A stretch of DNA of 27,120 nt, from NCBI GenBank assembly GCA_050261575.1, contig JBLNDL010000067.1:62001-89120 (forward strand), read 5' to 3'. The stretch is from Sphingomonadaceae bacterium. Its GTDB lineage: Bacteria > Chloroflexota > UBA6077. The position numbers were made by a program, and so were the translations under genes. The notes under the pieces are model-generated. The model did not search any database and was not told the DNA's origin. It saw only the letters and a list, made by a program, of their open reading frames with translations. Below, in pieces: positions 8,292-16,409 of this stretch; position 1 is the stretch's first letter, and the number at the start of each line of letters is the position of its first letter.

Positions 8292-8316
8292 TCACAGTCC
8301 CTAAACAGAACGATGG

Positions 8317-8336
8317 GGGCAGACCTGCGTCTGCCC
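8317..8336. repeat. REP-like hairpin
   Basis: GGGCAGAC-CTGC-GTCTGCCC, 8-bp perfect stem, 25 nt upstream of the der start. Confidence 0.6.
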
Positions 8337-8450
8337 TGAATGCACGCTTACCGAATAAAGAGCCGATTTCCTGACCTGGAGGCACCCCAACTCGCCGCGG
8401 GGCCACGCCCTCTGGATCCCCAGCCTTGGCGGCCAGCCCCAGGTGGCCTA

Positions 8451-9734
8451 TCACTGAGGGCTCGAAGCGGCCGGCGGGGTCGGCGTTCCGGAAGGCAGGC
8501 CCGAGGGGCGAACCACACCGGTGGGCGGCGGAGCCGGTGTCGGAGTGGTCGCCGTTGCCAAGATCAAGCTCACCGTCTGCGGGTTGACAGACACCACCGT
8601 CAGGTCCGAGGGCGCAGAAGCCTTCGGACTCACCCTATGCACCCCCTCGCTCAACCCCGAGGCATCCAGGGTCACCATCACCGCATCCAGCTTCAGCCCC
8701 TGCATTATCGGTGCCGGTCCCTGGAGCGTCACCTCCACGAAGGAGGGCCTTTCCACCACCTGCAGCTTCGGGTCCAGGTTGACCACCTGTGGAGCCACCC
8801 TCACGACCTGGCTGGTCTGCAGCGTGGAAACTGACACCCGCACACGGGTCGTCTGCTGCTGAACCAGGGAGATGCCCTGGGGCACCACGATCTTGAGGTC
8901 CTGGACGACGCTGGCGGAGCCACCATCCACGTTGAGGGGCGCCGTCTCCAGGTAGTTGATGCCGGCCAGCACCTTCGGATCGCCCACCACGGTGACGGAG
9001 GAGGGCTCGGCGGTGATCGACTCGATCCAGTAGCCCGAGGCGACGTTTCCGGTGACTGCCGGCCGTATCCCCACCTGCTTGTAGCTCACCTGTTGGTCCA
9101 CGGGAACGCGCACATTCACCGTTTGGGGCGAAAGCTGTACGTTGCGCACCTCTGCGCCGGTAGAATCGACCGGAATGGGGTGGAACGCGGAGTCGATCTC
9201 CACGGTGACGCCCTCCAGACGCACCTCCACAGAGGCGGTTTGGACACTCTGGAGCAGGCTGGCCGGGCCCGCGGCCACCACCACCTCCGGCTCCACCTTG
9301 GGGGCGCGGTAGACGTAGCCGAAGGGCACGTTGCCCACCAGATTCACCTTGACTGGCACGGTGCGCTCCTGGATCTCCTCCAGTCTGACGGAAACGGTGG
9401 CCGGCACCACCTCCAGCACCCTGATCTGGGGATCCGAGACCTCCGGCACCACGGGCACGGCCTGGATGCCGGGTCCCTGTCTGGATAGATCCACGTAAGC
9501 CCGGAAGCTGGCGGTGCGGATCCCCGCCCACTTGTCCCTGGGGGCGCGGATCCTGAACCTGACCGGCTCCGGGTTGTTCATCACCACCAGCCCCGGCGGG
9601 ATCCTGGTGATCTCCACTGGGATCGCCATGTCCGGCGTGTCCGTTCTCTCGGGGTTCTGATCGTTGACCACCAGCACCCAAAGACTCACGGAGAGCAGGA
9701 GGGCCAGGGCAGCCAGCCCGAAGTTGATCCTCAT
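8451..9734 (-). CDS. cdaR: CdaR/YbbR-domain regulator of diadenylate cyclase
   Basis: N-terminal TM ending SLWVLV, then repeated YbbR-like units (P..V.V.GP/GD motifs) and a Pro/Thr-rich tail; starts 5 nt after the cdaA stop. Confidence 0.9.
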   Translation of the reverse strand: MRINFGLAALALLLSVSLWVLVVNDQNPERTDTPDMAIPVEITRIPPGLVVMNNPEPVRFRIRAPRDKWAGIRTASFRAYVDLSRQGPGIQAVPVVPEVSDPQIRVLEVVPATVSVRLEEIQERTVPVKVNLVGNVPFGYVYRAPKVEPEVVVAAGPASLLQSVQTASVEVRLEGVTVEIDSAFHPIPVDSTGAEVRNVQLSPQTVNVRVPVDQQVSYKQVGIRPAVTGNVASGYWIESITAEPSSVTVVGDPKVLAGINYLETAPLNVDGGSASVVQDLKIVVPQGISLVQQQTTRVRVSVSTLQTSQVVRVAPQVVNLDPKLQVVERPSFVEVTLQGPAPIMQGLKLDAVMVTLDASGLSEGVHRVSPKASAPSDLTVVSVNPQTVSLILATATTPTPAPPPTGVVRPSGLPSGTPTPPAASSPQ

Positions 9735-9739
9735 CGATC

Positions 9740-10603
9740 CTACTTAGCCGTCTCTTCTCGTCGTTGTATCCTGGCCGGTATCCGCTCCATCAACCACGCT
9801 GGCAGCCAGGTGGGAGTGCTCTGGGGGCGATAGAGGGCAGGAAGGACCTTCTTCAGCTTCGCCTCGTCCAGGTTTCGCACTATCCTACCGTTGTTGGCCA
9901 GGGAGATCATCCCCGTCTCCTCGGAGACGATGATCGATATCGCGTCGGTGCGCTCGGTGATCCCCACCCCTGCCCGATGCCGGGTCCCCAGGTGCTGGTC
10001 CGAGTGGAGCATCTCGGTCAGCGGCAGAAGACACGCCGCCGCCACCACACGGTCCCCCCGGATTATCGTCGCCCCATCGTGGAAGGGGGAGTTGGGGAAG
10101 AAGATGGTCATCAGGAAGTCCACGGAAACCAGGCCGTCGATCTCGACGCCGGTATCCACGTACTCGCCGAGCCCGGTCTCCCGCTCCAGGACGATCAATG
10201 CACCCCATTTCCGGTCGGACATCCGCCTGCAGGCCACGGCGATCTGTTCCATGGCCCGCACCCACTCGTTGTTGGGCGCGCCCCGTGCCAGGAAGCGGCT
10301 GGTCCGGCCCAGTCGCTCCAGCGCCCGACGTAGCTCCGGTTGGAATAGAATGGGTATCGACACCAACATGGCGGGAATGGAGTTCCTGAGCACCCAGTTC
10401 AGGACCACCAGATCCAGGACGCTCCCGAGGATGGCGGCCAGGAGGATCAAGGTGATCATGCCGCGGACCAGTGCCACTGCCGTGGTCCCCTGGATCAGCA
10501 CCAGGATCCAATAGACGATGGCCGCCACGATCAGAATGTCTATGGCCGCGCGCACGTCGAGACGCGACAGCGTCGACAGCACCATCTCCACAAAGCTCGC
10601 CAT
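9740..10603 (-). CDS. cdaA: Membrane diadenylate cyclase CdaA (DacA)
   Basis: Three TM helices, ILFQPELRRALERLG, catalytic motifs PFHDGA and LGTRHRA, VSEETG. Confidence 0.96.
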   Translation of the reverse strand: MASFVEMVLSTLSRLDVRAAIDILIVAAIVYWILVLIQGTTAVALVRGMITLILLAAILGSVLDLVVLNWVLRNSIPAMLVSIPILFQPELRRALERLGRTSRFLARGAPNNEWVRAMEQIAVACRRMSDRKWGALIVLERETGLGEYVDTGVEIDGLVSVDFLMTIFFPNSPFHDGATIIRGDRVVAAACLLPLTEMLHSDQHLGTRHRAGVGITERTDAISIIVSEETGMISLANNGRIVRNLDEAKLKKVLPALYRPQSTPTWLPAWLMERIPARIQRREETAK

Positions 10604-10604
10604 C

Positions 10605-12779
10605 TTAGTCCGCCAACTCCGCGGGCAATCCCAGCCCTCTCAGGATCCCCCCCAGCCCCTCCCGGCAGTCGCTATCGCCCATCAACTGCAGGACCCTGAG
10701 GAGGGCAGCTCGATGGGCATCGTCGAGGGTCCGGTCGCCCTCAACGGCCTCTCGTATCAACTCCATCGCGCCGTCGCGGTCGTCGTAGGCCAGCCGCTCC
10801 TCCGCCAGATCCAGCAACTCCTGCCAGTCCTGGAAGCCGAGCACGAGACTCCGTGTTCCGGGCGCTGGGTTACGGGTGGTGAGTGCTGATCGCTGGGTTC
10901 CACGCGATTCCGCGTCCCCGCGTCCCCGCGTCCCCACATCACTCCACCTGGGCACCCGCCATCCGTCCAGCCGGCCGGCCTCGATCTCCTCCGCATCCGA
11001 TCGCCGACCCTGCTTCTGTAGCAACTCTACCAGCCGGAGGCGATCATCGCCATCACCCAGCCCCTCTGCGAGCCGCCATCCCAGTATCTCCAGGGCCTGA
11101 TCGGGGGCGCCCCTCATCTCATACAGCTTCAGCAGCCGCGTGGACTGCGCCCTTGCCTCCTCAGGGCGCCCCTGGGCGACCAGGATCCACCCCAGCAGCG
11201 ACTGGGCAGGGAGGAAATCGGGGTGATCGGCGATGAGCCGGTGGACTTCGTCCATCGAGGAGCGAAGCCGGCCCGCGGCCAGCCACTCCTCGGCCCGCCT
11301 GAGCGCAAGCACCACATCACCTCGAGCCTCCGGCGAAAGGAGAGCCAGCTCCTCCAGATGCTCGGCGCCGCACCGACCCAGCAACCCCACGAAGGTCGTC
11401 GCCGCGCTTTCCAGCGTGGAGGGATGGAGCCCATCGGATGCGGCCGTGGAGCGAAGCCACAGCAGCCCCTCCATCGCGGCGTCGAGGTCGCCGCCGGCCG
11501 ACCTTTCCATCAGCGCACTCACGAGCGAATCCGCCGACTGCCCCGCCTCTCCAGCCTGCTCGTGAGCCCCGGCGGTCTCCGCCGATGCCTCGCCGGAGTC
11601 GACCCGATCCTCGGGAGCCTGCGTTGGGCCGGAGGACGACTCCAGGGGCGGCTCCGTCTCCTCTGCGTCGGTGTGGCACACCACGTCTTGCTCTGCAATG
11701 GCAGTGCCAGACGATGGAGCCGAGGTTGGGGGCAATACCGGCGGGCCCGCGGGTGCCGGCGGCACATCCTCGGGGGACGACTCCGCCTCCTTCGCATCGA
11801 TGTAGCGGGCTTCGAGATGCACCTCGGATGGCTCGACAACGGTCTCCTCCGCCTCCCCGTCTCGAAGCGTCACCAGGGGCGAGGGGCTCTCGCCCTCCCG
11901 AGGTGGGCTATCCTCGTAGACGGGTGCCGCCAGCTCGTCCGTTCGGGGGTGCCCGCACTCATCCGAGAGCACGGGCGTCTCTCCCTCCCCCACCGTCGAC
12001 GGCTCGGGCACCCCCTCCGAGTCGGGCCGAGAGATCAGGCGCGCCAGGTCCTCGGGCAGAGGCTCCTCCCCCTGAGCCGCGGCTCTCCAACTGTACTCCA
12101 GGGCTCGCCGAATCGAGGCCGCCAGCGGCGGTATCTCGGGGTTGGTGGGGTCGAGGGAGCGGCCGCGCTCCACCACCTCGATGGCTTCTTGGAACCGACA
12201 CCCCAGGGCCAGCTCACGGGCAAGCGCCAGGTAGCCGGGCATCAGCTCGGGGAGCGCCCCCGCCCGAGCAGCGTCCTCCATCAAGAGGGCCCACAGCTCC
12301 GGGTCATGGGGCTTGAGCCGCACGGCTGTCCGCCAGGCCGCAATAGCCTCTCGGTAGGAGGCACGACGGCTATGGTTTTCGGCCAGCAGCCTGTGGCCAG
12401 CAACGGCGCCTTCCACGTCTCCCAGGGCTTCCCGTATCTCGGTCAGCCGTTGGAGTGTGGACAGGTTGGAGGGTTGGGCGCTCCACAGCTCCTCGTACAG
12501 GCTCCGGGCCTCGTGGAGCTGTCCGGACTTGTAGAGGGCCATCGCCAGGTAGGTCTTGGCCGAGACGTCTTCCGGGGAGTGCTTCAGGGCAAGGCGGTAC
12601 TGTTCGGCAGCCTCCACCCACTGCCCCTTCCAGGCATGGGCGGAGCCCCGCTTCAGCGCATCCTGGAACGCGCCGTCGCCTTTGGCCCTGGCGCCTTCCC
12701 CCTTGTCCGATTCCCGCGAGGGACCGCCACCTCCCCCTTTGTAGAGGGAGCCCCCGGTTGCGGTGAAGGGATTGACCAT
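10605..12779 (-). CDS. Tetratricopeptide-repeat protein with central acidic Pro-rich linker
   Basis: N- and C-terminal TPR-like helical repeats (AAEQYRLAL..SPED, YLAMALYKSGQLHEA, PDFLPAQSLLG..LVAQGRPEEA) flanking a low-complexity E/P/S/A region; stop lies 1 nt from the cdaA ATG. Confidence 0.8.
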   Translation of the reverse strand: MVNPFTATGGSLYKGGGGGPSRESDKGEGARAKGDGAFQDALKRGSAHAWKGQWVEAAEQYRLALKHSPEDVSAKTYLAMALYKSGQLHEARSLYEELWSAQPSNLSTLQRLTEIREALGDVEGAVAGHRLLAENHSRRASYREAIAAWRTAVRLKPHDPELWALLMEDAARAGALPELMPGYLALARELALGCRFQEAIEVVERGRSLDPTNPEIPPLAASIRRALEYSWRAAAQGEEPLPEDLARLISRPDSEGVPEPSTVGEGETPVLSDECGHPRTDELAAPVYEDSPPREGESPSPLVTLRDGEAEETVVEPSEVHLEARYIDAKEAESSPEDVPPAPAGPPVLPPTSAPSSGTAIAEQDVVCHTDAEETEPPLESSSGPTQAPEDRVDSGEASAETAGAHEQAGEAGQSADSLVSALMERSAGGDLDAAMEGLLWLRSTAASDGLHPSTLESAATTFVGLLGRCGAEHLEELALLSPEARGDVVLALRRAEEWLAAGRLRSSMDEVHRLIADHPDFLPAQSLLGWILVAQGRPEEARAQSTRLLKLYEMRGAPDQALEILGWRLAEGLGDGDDRLRLVELLQKQGRRSDAEEIEAGRLDGWRVPRWSDVGTRGRGDAESRGTQRSALTTRNPAPGTRSLVLGFQDWQELLDLAEERLAYDDRDGAMELIREAVEGDRTLDDAHRAALLRVLQLMGDSDCREGLGGILRGLGLPAELAD
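10846..10942 (-). repeat. Octamer plus heptamer tandem repeat in frame within the TPR gene
   Basis: Three exact CGCGTCCC copies (10911-10934) next to eight degenerate 7-mers (10846-10901; coding strand GGAACCC AGCGATC AGCACTC ACCACCC GTAACCC AGCGCCC GGAACAC GGAGTCT). Confidence 0.8.
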
Positions 12780-12866
12780 TCAGCGCCCCCCCAGGCAATC
12801 AGCCTTCATCATCCGATCGCTCCCGTCCCGAACGGCCTTCCCGAACGCGACCTCCTCTGGATTCAT
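12780..12866 (-). CDS. Possible 28-aa small ORF
   Basis: GGAG SD, then MNPEEVAFGKAVRDGSDRMMKADCLGGR; its TGA directly abuts the TPR gene ATG. No recognisable family. Confidence 0.2.
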   Translation of the reverse strand: MNPEEVAFGKAVRDGSDRMMKADCLGGR

Positions 12867-12912
12867 CGTCCGGCTCCACCCGCGGCAATAGTCCCACGCT
12901 CCAGACAGGCGA

Positions 12913-13836
12913 CTACGGACGTCCAAACAGCCAGGAGAGCAGACCCTTCTGGGCGTGGAGGCGGTTCTCAGCCTGGTCGAACACCACCGACTGCGGCCCA
13001 TCTATCACCTCGTCGGTGATCTCCTCGCCCCGGTGGGCCGGCAGGTCGTGCATCACTATGGCGTCGGGCTTCGCCAGCCTCAGAAGCTCCTCGTCGATTC
13101 GGTATCCGGCGAAGGCCGCCTTTCGAACGGCGTTCTCAGCCTCCTGCCCCATGCTGGTCCACACGTCGGTGTAGAGGATGTCGGCTCCAGCCGCGGCCTC
13201 CACGGGGCTGCGCAGGAGGGTGAAGGTCGCCTCGGTCGCCTCCCTATCGGCCTGAGAGAGTTGAAGCATGGTGGACTTCGGCTCGTAGCCCTCGGGGCAG
13301 GCCACCCGAAGGTGAATACCCACCTTGGCGGTGCCGAGGATGAGGGAGTGGAGAACGTTGTTGCCGTCTCCGATGTAGGCCATGGTCAGGCCCGCCAAGC
13401 GATTCTTCTTCTCTCGAACGGTCAACAGGTCGGCGAGGCACTGGCACGGGTGGCTCAAGTCGGACAGGGCGTTGATCACGGGCACAGTGGCGAAACGGGC
13501 CAGCAACTCCTGATCCGAGTGGCGGTTGGTGCGAGCCACGATACAGTCCACGTAGCGGCTCAACACCCTGGCGACATCGGCAACGCTCTCCCGCTCCCCC
13601 AGACCCACCTCGGCGGGCGAGAGGTAGAGGGAGTGTCCACCCAGATGGCGGACCCCTTGCTCGAAAGAGACCCTGGTGCGAAGCGACGGCTTCTGGAAGA
13701 TGAGAGCCACGGTCTTCCCAGCCAGTTCGGTTCGCCAGCGCCCCTGCTTCGTCTCTTGTTTGAGGACCGAAGCCCTCTCCAGGACTCGCGAGAGTTCGTC
13801 CCGCGATAGGTCGGCTATGCTGAGGATGCTGCGCAT
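12913..13836 (-). CDS. argF: Ornithine carbamoyltransferase
   Basis: FQKPSLRTRVSFE, HPCQ, GDGNNV, YTDVWTSMGQE, MHDLPAHRGEE, QAENRLH; AGGGGGA SD upstream of ATG 13836 (307 aa). Confidence 0.95.
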   Translation of the reverse strand: MRSILSIADLSRDELSRVLERASVLKQETKQGRWRTELAGKTVALIFQKPSLRTRVSFEQGVRHLGGHSLYLSPAEVGLGERESVADVARVLSRYVDCIVARTNRHSDQELLARFATVPVINALSDLSHPCQCLADLLTVREKKNRLAGLTMAYIGDGNNVLHSLILGTAKVGIHLRVACPEGYEPKSTMLQLSQADREATEATFTLLRSPVEAAAGADILYTDVWTSMGQEAENAVRKAAFAGYRIDEELLRLAKPDAIVMHDLPAHRGEEITDEVIDGPQSVVFDQAENRLHAQKGLLSWLFGRP

Positions 13837-14022
13837 GTGGTCCCCCTGATCAGTCCGGGAGATGTGTTTGGCCGGAGGGCGCAGATTGGGTCGCGATGGG
13901 GAATCGCGCGGAGACGCGACCCGGGGAGTCGCCGTCGGGAGGTTGCTGTGCTCAATCGCGCCCGTGCCGGAGTGCCGGCCGTGCAGCAACTCCCGTGGCC
14001 GCTGCCGACCCAGCCCGGGGCC

Positions 14023-14031
14023 AGTATACCA
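14023..14031 (-). promoter_or_regulatory. Extended -10 element for argF
   Basis: Minus strand TGGTATACT (TGn-TATACT), about 190 nt upstream of argF. Confidence 0.5.
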
Positions 14032-14113
14032 TAAGGGTAGCAATGGCATGGCTCCTGCTTTGCAGCCCATCCGGCTCGGCGTGCCGGCCGAAATGACGGG
14101 GAAGGAGGCCATC

Positions 14114-14275
14114 ATGCTCAGCACGATCCTGTGGGTGATCATCGCGTTGCTCGTCATCTTCTGGCTCTTCGGCACGGTGGTGGGCAATCTCGGCGACATC
14201 GTCTGGATAGCGCTAGTGATCGCCGCGATCCTGCTGGTGTACAACCTGCTCACCAGGGGAAGAGCAGAAGTCTGA
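14114..14275 (+). CDS. Small membrane protein (lmo0937/DUF5670-like)
   Basis: 53 aa MLSTILWVIIALLVIFWLFG..G.LGDIVWIALVIA.ILLVYNLL.GR; strong AAGGAGG SD. Confidence 0.85.
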   Translation: MLSTILWVIIALLVIFWLFGTVVGNLGDIVWIALVIAAILLVYNLLTRGRAEV

Positions 14276-14288
14276 CCTGCGCGAACTC

Positions 14289-14313
14289 AGGGCAGGGCAG
14301 GGCGCCCTGCCCT
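14289..14313. terminator. REP-like hairpin between convergent genes
   Basis: AGGGCAGGGC-AGGGC-GCCCTGCCCT, 10-bp perfect stem. Confidence 0.55.
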
Positions 14314-14340
14314 CTGCTCGACGGCAAGCAGCGCCGAGGA

Positions 14341-15087
14341 TCAGACGGGTGCGACGAGGAGCAGAGAGCCAGCCATCACCGGAGTCACGATCATCGCACC
14401 CCTCACCAGCCAGCGAGGCGCTCGCTTGGTGAACTTGGCTCCCACGAAGGTGCCCGTGGAGAGCCCAAGGATCACGCTCGCCAGCAGCGCAGGGCTCACC
14501 TGCCCTCCCTGGGCGAAACGTATCGCCCCCGTCAGGCTCATCAGGGAGAGGGAGAACATCGTGGTTCCGACGACCCTCCGCAACTCCATCCCTTTCAGGA
14601 GCAGCAACCCCACCTGTATCCAGGGGGCGGTGCCGATGCTCAGGAAACCCGATCCGAAACCACACAGGAAGCCCACCACGGCCGATCCCGGTAGCTCGCG
14701 CCAGAATCTCTCCGCCAGGGGGGCGGCCTTGGCCGAGGACTCCCGCGCGGGGGCCCTCCTCGTTCTCAAGTAGACGATGGCGGCGTTGAGGATAAGGGTG
14801 AGTCCGGCGAAGGTCTTCAACTGGAAGGCGTCGGTTGCCAGGGCGAGCCCGCCACCCAGGTAGGCTCCCAGCACACCCACCAGGCCGACCTGCACGCCCG
14901 CCACCGGGTCGACGTTCCCCTCTCGGAGGTGGCTCCAGCCCCCGGCGGCGGCGCTGACGAACATAGCCCCGAGCGCGGTGCCGAAGGACAGATGGACGGG
15001 GAACTGGAAGATAATGATCAGGAGCGCCGCCACGAAACCGGCTCCACCGAGGCCAACGAAGCCCAGCAACAGCCCCAGGATAAGCAT
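14341..15087 (-). CDS. Sulfite exporter TauE/SafE family membrane protein
   Basis: Gly-rich TM repeat architecture (GFVGLGGAG..GTALG..SHLREGNVD; GFLSIG....VVGTT..G.FVGAK). The start may be a CTG at 15111. Confidence 0.88.
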   Translation of the reverse strand: MLILGLLLGFVGLGGAGFVAALLIIIFQFPVHLSFGTALGAMFVSAAAGGWSHLREGNVDPVAGVQVGLVGVLGAYLGGGLALATDAFQLKTFAGLTLILNAAIVYLRTRRAPARESSAKAAPLAERFWRELPGSAVVGFLCGFGSGFLSIGTAPWIQVGLLLLKGMELRRVVGTTMFSLSLMSLTGAIRFAQGGQVSPALLASVILGLSTGTFVGAKFTKRAPRWLVRGAMIVTPVMAGSLLLVAPV

Positions 15088-15166
15088 GACGGCGGCGACG
15101 GCAGGGTCCAGCGCAGTAATACCTCTCTAGTCCAGCGCCGAGCCATCCTCCGCTCGGCCGGGGCTC

Positions 15167-15196
15167 AGTTTATCCACCTGTGGCAAGCGGAGTCAA
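15167..15196 (-). promoter_or_regulatory. Sigma70-type promoter for the tauE-family gene
   Basis: Minus strand TTGACT (15196-15191)-18 nt-TAAACT (15172-15167). Confidence 0.55.
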
Positions 15197-15250
15197 CGGC
15201 ACGTCGCTCCACCGGGGGATTCTCGGAGCCTTGCGGCGCTGCAGGTGACG

Positions 15251-15349
15251 ACCCTCGCCCGCCCTTCGGACCTCGACGGCACGCTCGCTACCGCCAAGTC
15301 CCCCAAAGGGAGAGGCGACACCAAACGCCCCCTCTCCCTCTGGGAGAGG
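15251..15349. repeat. CCTCTCCC..GGGAGAGG palindromic element cluster
   Basis: CCTCTCCC-TCT-GGGAGAGG (15331-15349), a degenerate copy TCCCCCAAAGGGAGAGG (15299-15315) and an ACCCTCGCCCGCCC lead-in; same core as 4616-4634. Confidence 0.6.
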
Positions 15350-15390
15350 CGCAACGCTGCGCTCGCTCGCGCTGCGGGGCAAGGACCGCG

Positions 15391-16068
15391 CTATGCCGCC
15401 TTGCGCATCCGCTGCGGCATGTAGCGCAGGAACCAGTCGCGCGCCAGACGGGCCACCTCCTCCAGAGCGCCGGGCTCCTCGAACAGGTGGGTCGCCCCCG
15501 GCACGATCACCAACTCCGACACACCCGGCAGCAGGTTGTTCGCCTCCTCGTTTAGCTCCACCACCGGCTCGTCGTTCCCGCCGACGATCAGCAGCGTCGG
15601 CGAGACCACCCTCGCCAGGACATCGCCCGCCAGGTCCGGGCGGCCTCCCCGTGAGACTACGGCGGCGATGCTCGCGCCCTCCCGGGCGGCGGCCTTCAGG
15701 GCCGCGGCCGCCCCCGTGCTGGCGCCGAAGTAGCCCACCGGTATCCCGCCGAGATCCGGGTGCCCCCTCACCCACGCGGTCGCCTCCAGCAGCCGCTCGG
15801 TAAGCAGGTCGATGTCGAACACCTGGGTCCGGTCCTCCGCCTCCTCCTCGGTGAGGAGGTCCATCAGTAGGGTGGCAATGCCCCCCTCTTGCAGGACCCT
15901 GGCTACGAAGCTGTTGCGCGGGCTGAACCGGCTGCTTCCGCTTCCATGGGCGAAGATCACCACTCCCCTCGGGTCGGGTGGTAGGCCCAGAATACCTTTC
16001 AGGGCGCCTGCCCTCGATGGAATCTCGACGGACAGCTCCCGCAGTGGCCCGGCGCCACTCTCTGCCAT
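15391..16068 (-). CDS. Dienelactone-hydrolase-like alpha/beta hydrolase
   Basis: FAHGSGSSRFSPRN, nucleophile elbow GYFGASTG, VSRGGRPDLA, GGNDEPV (Asp), GATHLFEE (His); GGAGG SD upstream of ATG 16068. Confidence 0.92.
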   Translation of the reverse strand: MAESGAGPLRELSVEIPSRAGALKGILGLPPDPRGVVIFAHGSGSSRFSPRNSFVARVLQEGGIATLLMDLLTEEEAEDRTQVFDIDLLTERLLEATAWVRGHPDLGGIPVGYFGASTGAAAALKAAAREGASIAAVVSRGGRPDLAGDVLARVVSPTLLIVGGNDEPVVELNEEANNLLPGVSELVIVPGATHLFEEPGALEEVARLARDWFLRYMPQRMRKAA

Positions 16069-16345
16069 GGCCTTCCTCCCTCCTCCAACGATTGGGCGGC
16101 CGGGGGCCATTCCACCGGACCTGAGCAGGTATCTCTGGTTCATGCCAGCTTCTCTGGCGGGAAACGTGTACTCATCTAGAGATTCCTGCTCGGTCCGGCC
16201 ACCCCCTGATCGTGGATGACCCCGCGAGCCGAGCCACTCGGCGCTGCACACCGCATGCCGGAGGATTCGACCTGGAACACGGCGCAGCCCGCCGCGAGCG
16301 GCTTCGGGCCACCAACTCTCACTCCGGAGTCGATCGACCCCACTG

Positions 16346-16354
16346 TGGTAGAAT
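16346..16354 (+). promoter_or_regulatory. Extended -10 element for the EamA gene
   Basis: TGGTAGAAT about 55 nt upstream of ATG 16410. Confidence 0.5.
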
Positions 16355-16409
16355 TGCCCCTGCCCCACACGGCACCACACCATCTGTTCCCTGCAGAAGA
16401 GTTGCGAGA

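Noticed and set aside
11223..13019. 598-aa plus-strand ORF and similar long ORFs (22992-25040, 24718-26442, 20727-21989, 4339-5577)
   Set aside because: Arg/Gly/Pro-rich shadow frames overlapping well-supported genes, as expected in high-GC DNA.
13888..13922. Hairpin GGGTCGCG..CGCGACCC in the argF leader as an ARG box or riboswitch
   Set aside because: GC-rich with no AT-rich ArgR-box consensus and no recognisable aptamer; probably another octamer-type repeat remnant.
15170..15187. DnaA box pair / oriC (TTATCCACC TGTGGCAAG)
   Set aside because: One single-mismatch box and one poor box, no cluster or AT-rich unwinding element; the sequence is explained by the tauE promoter.
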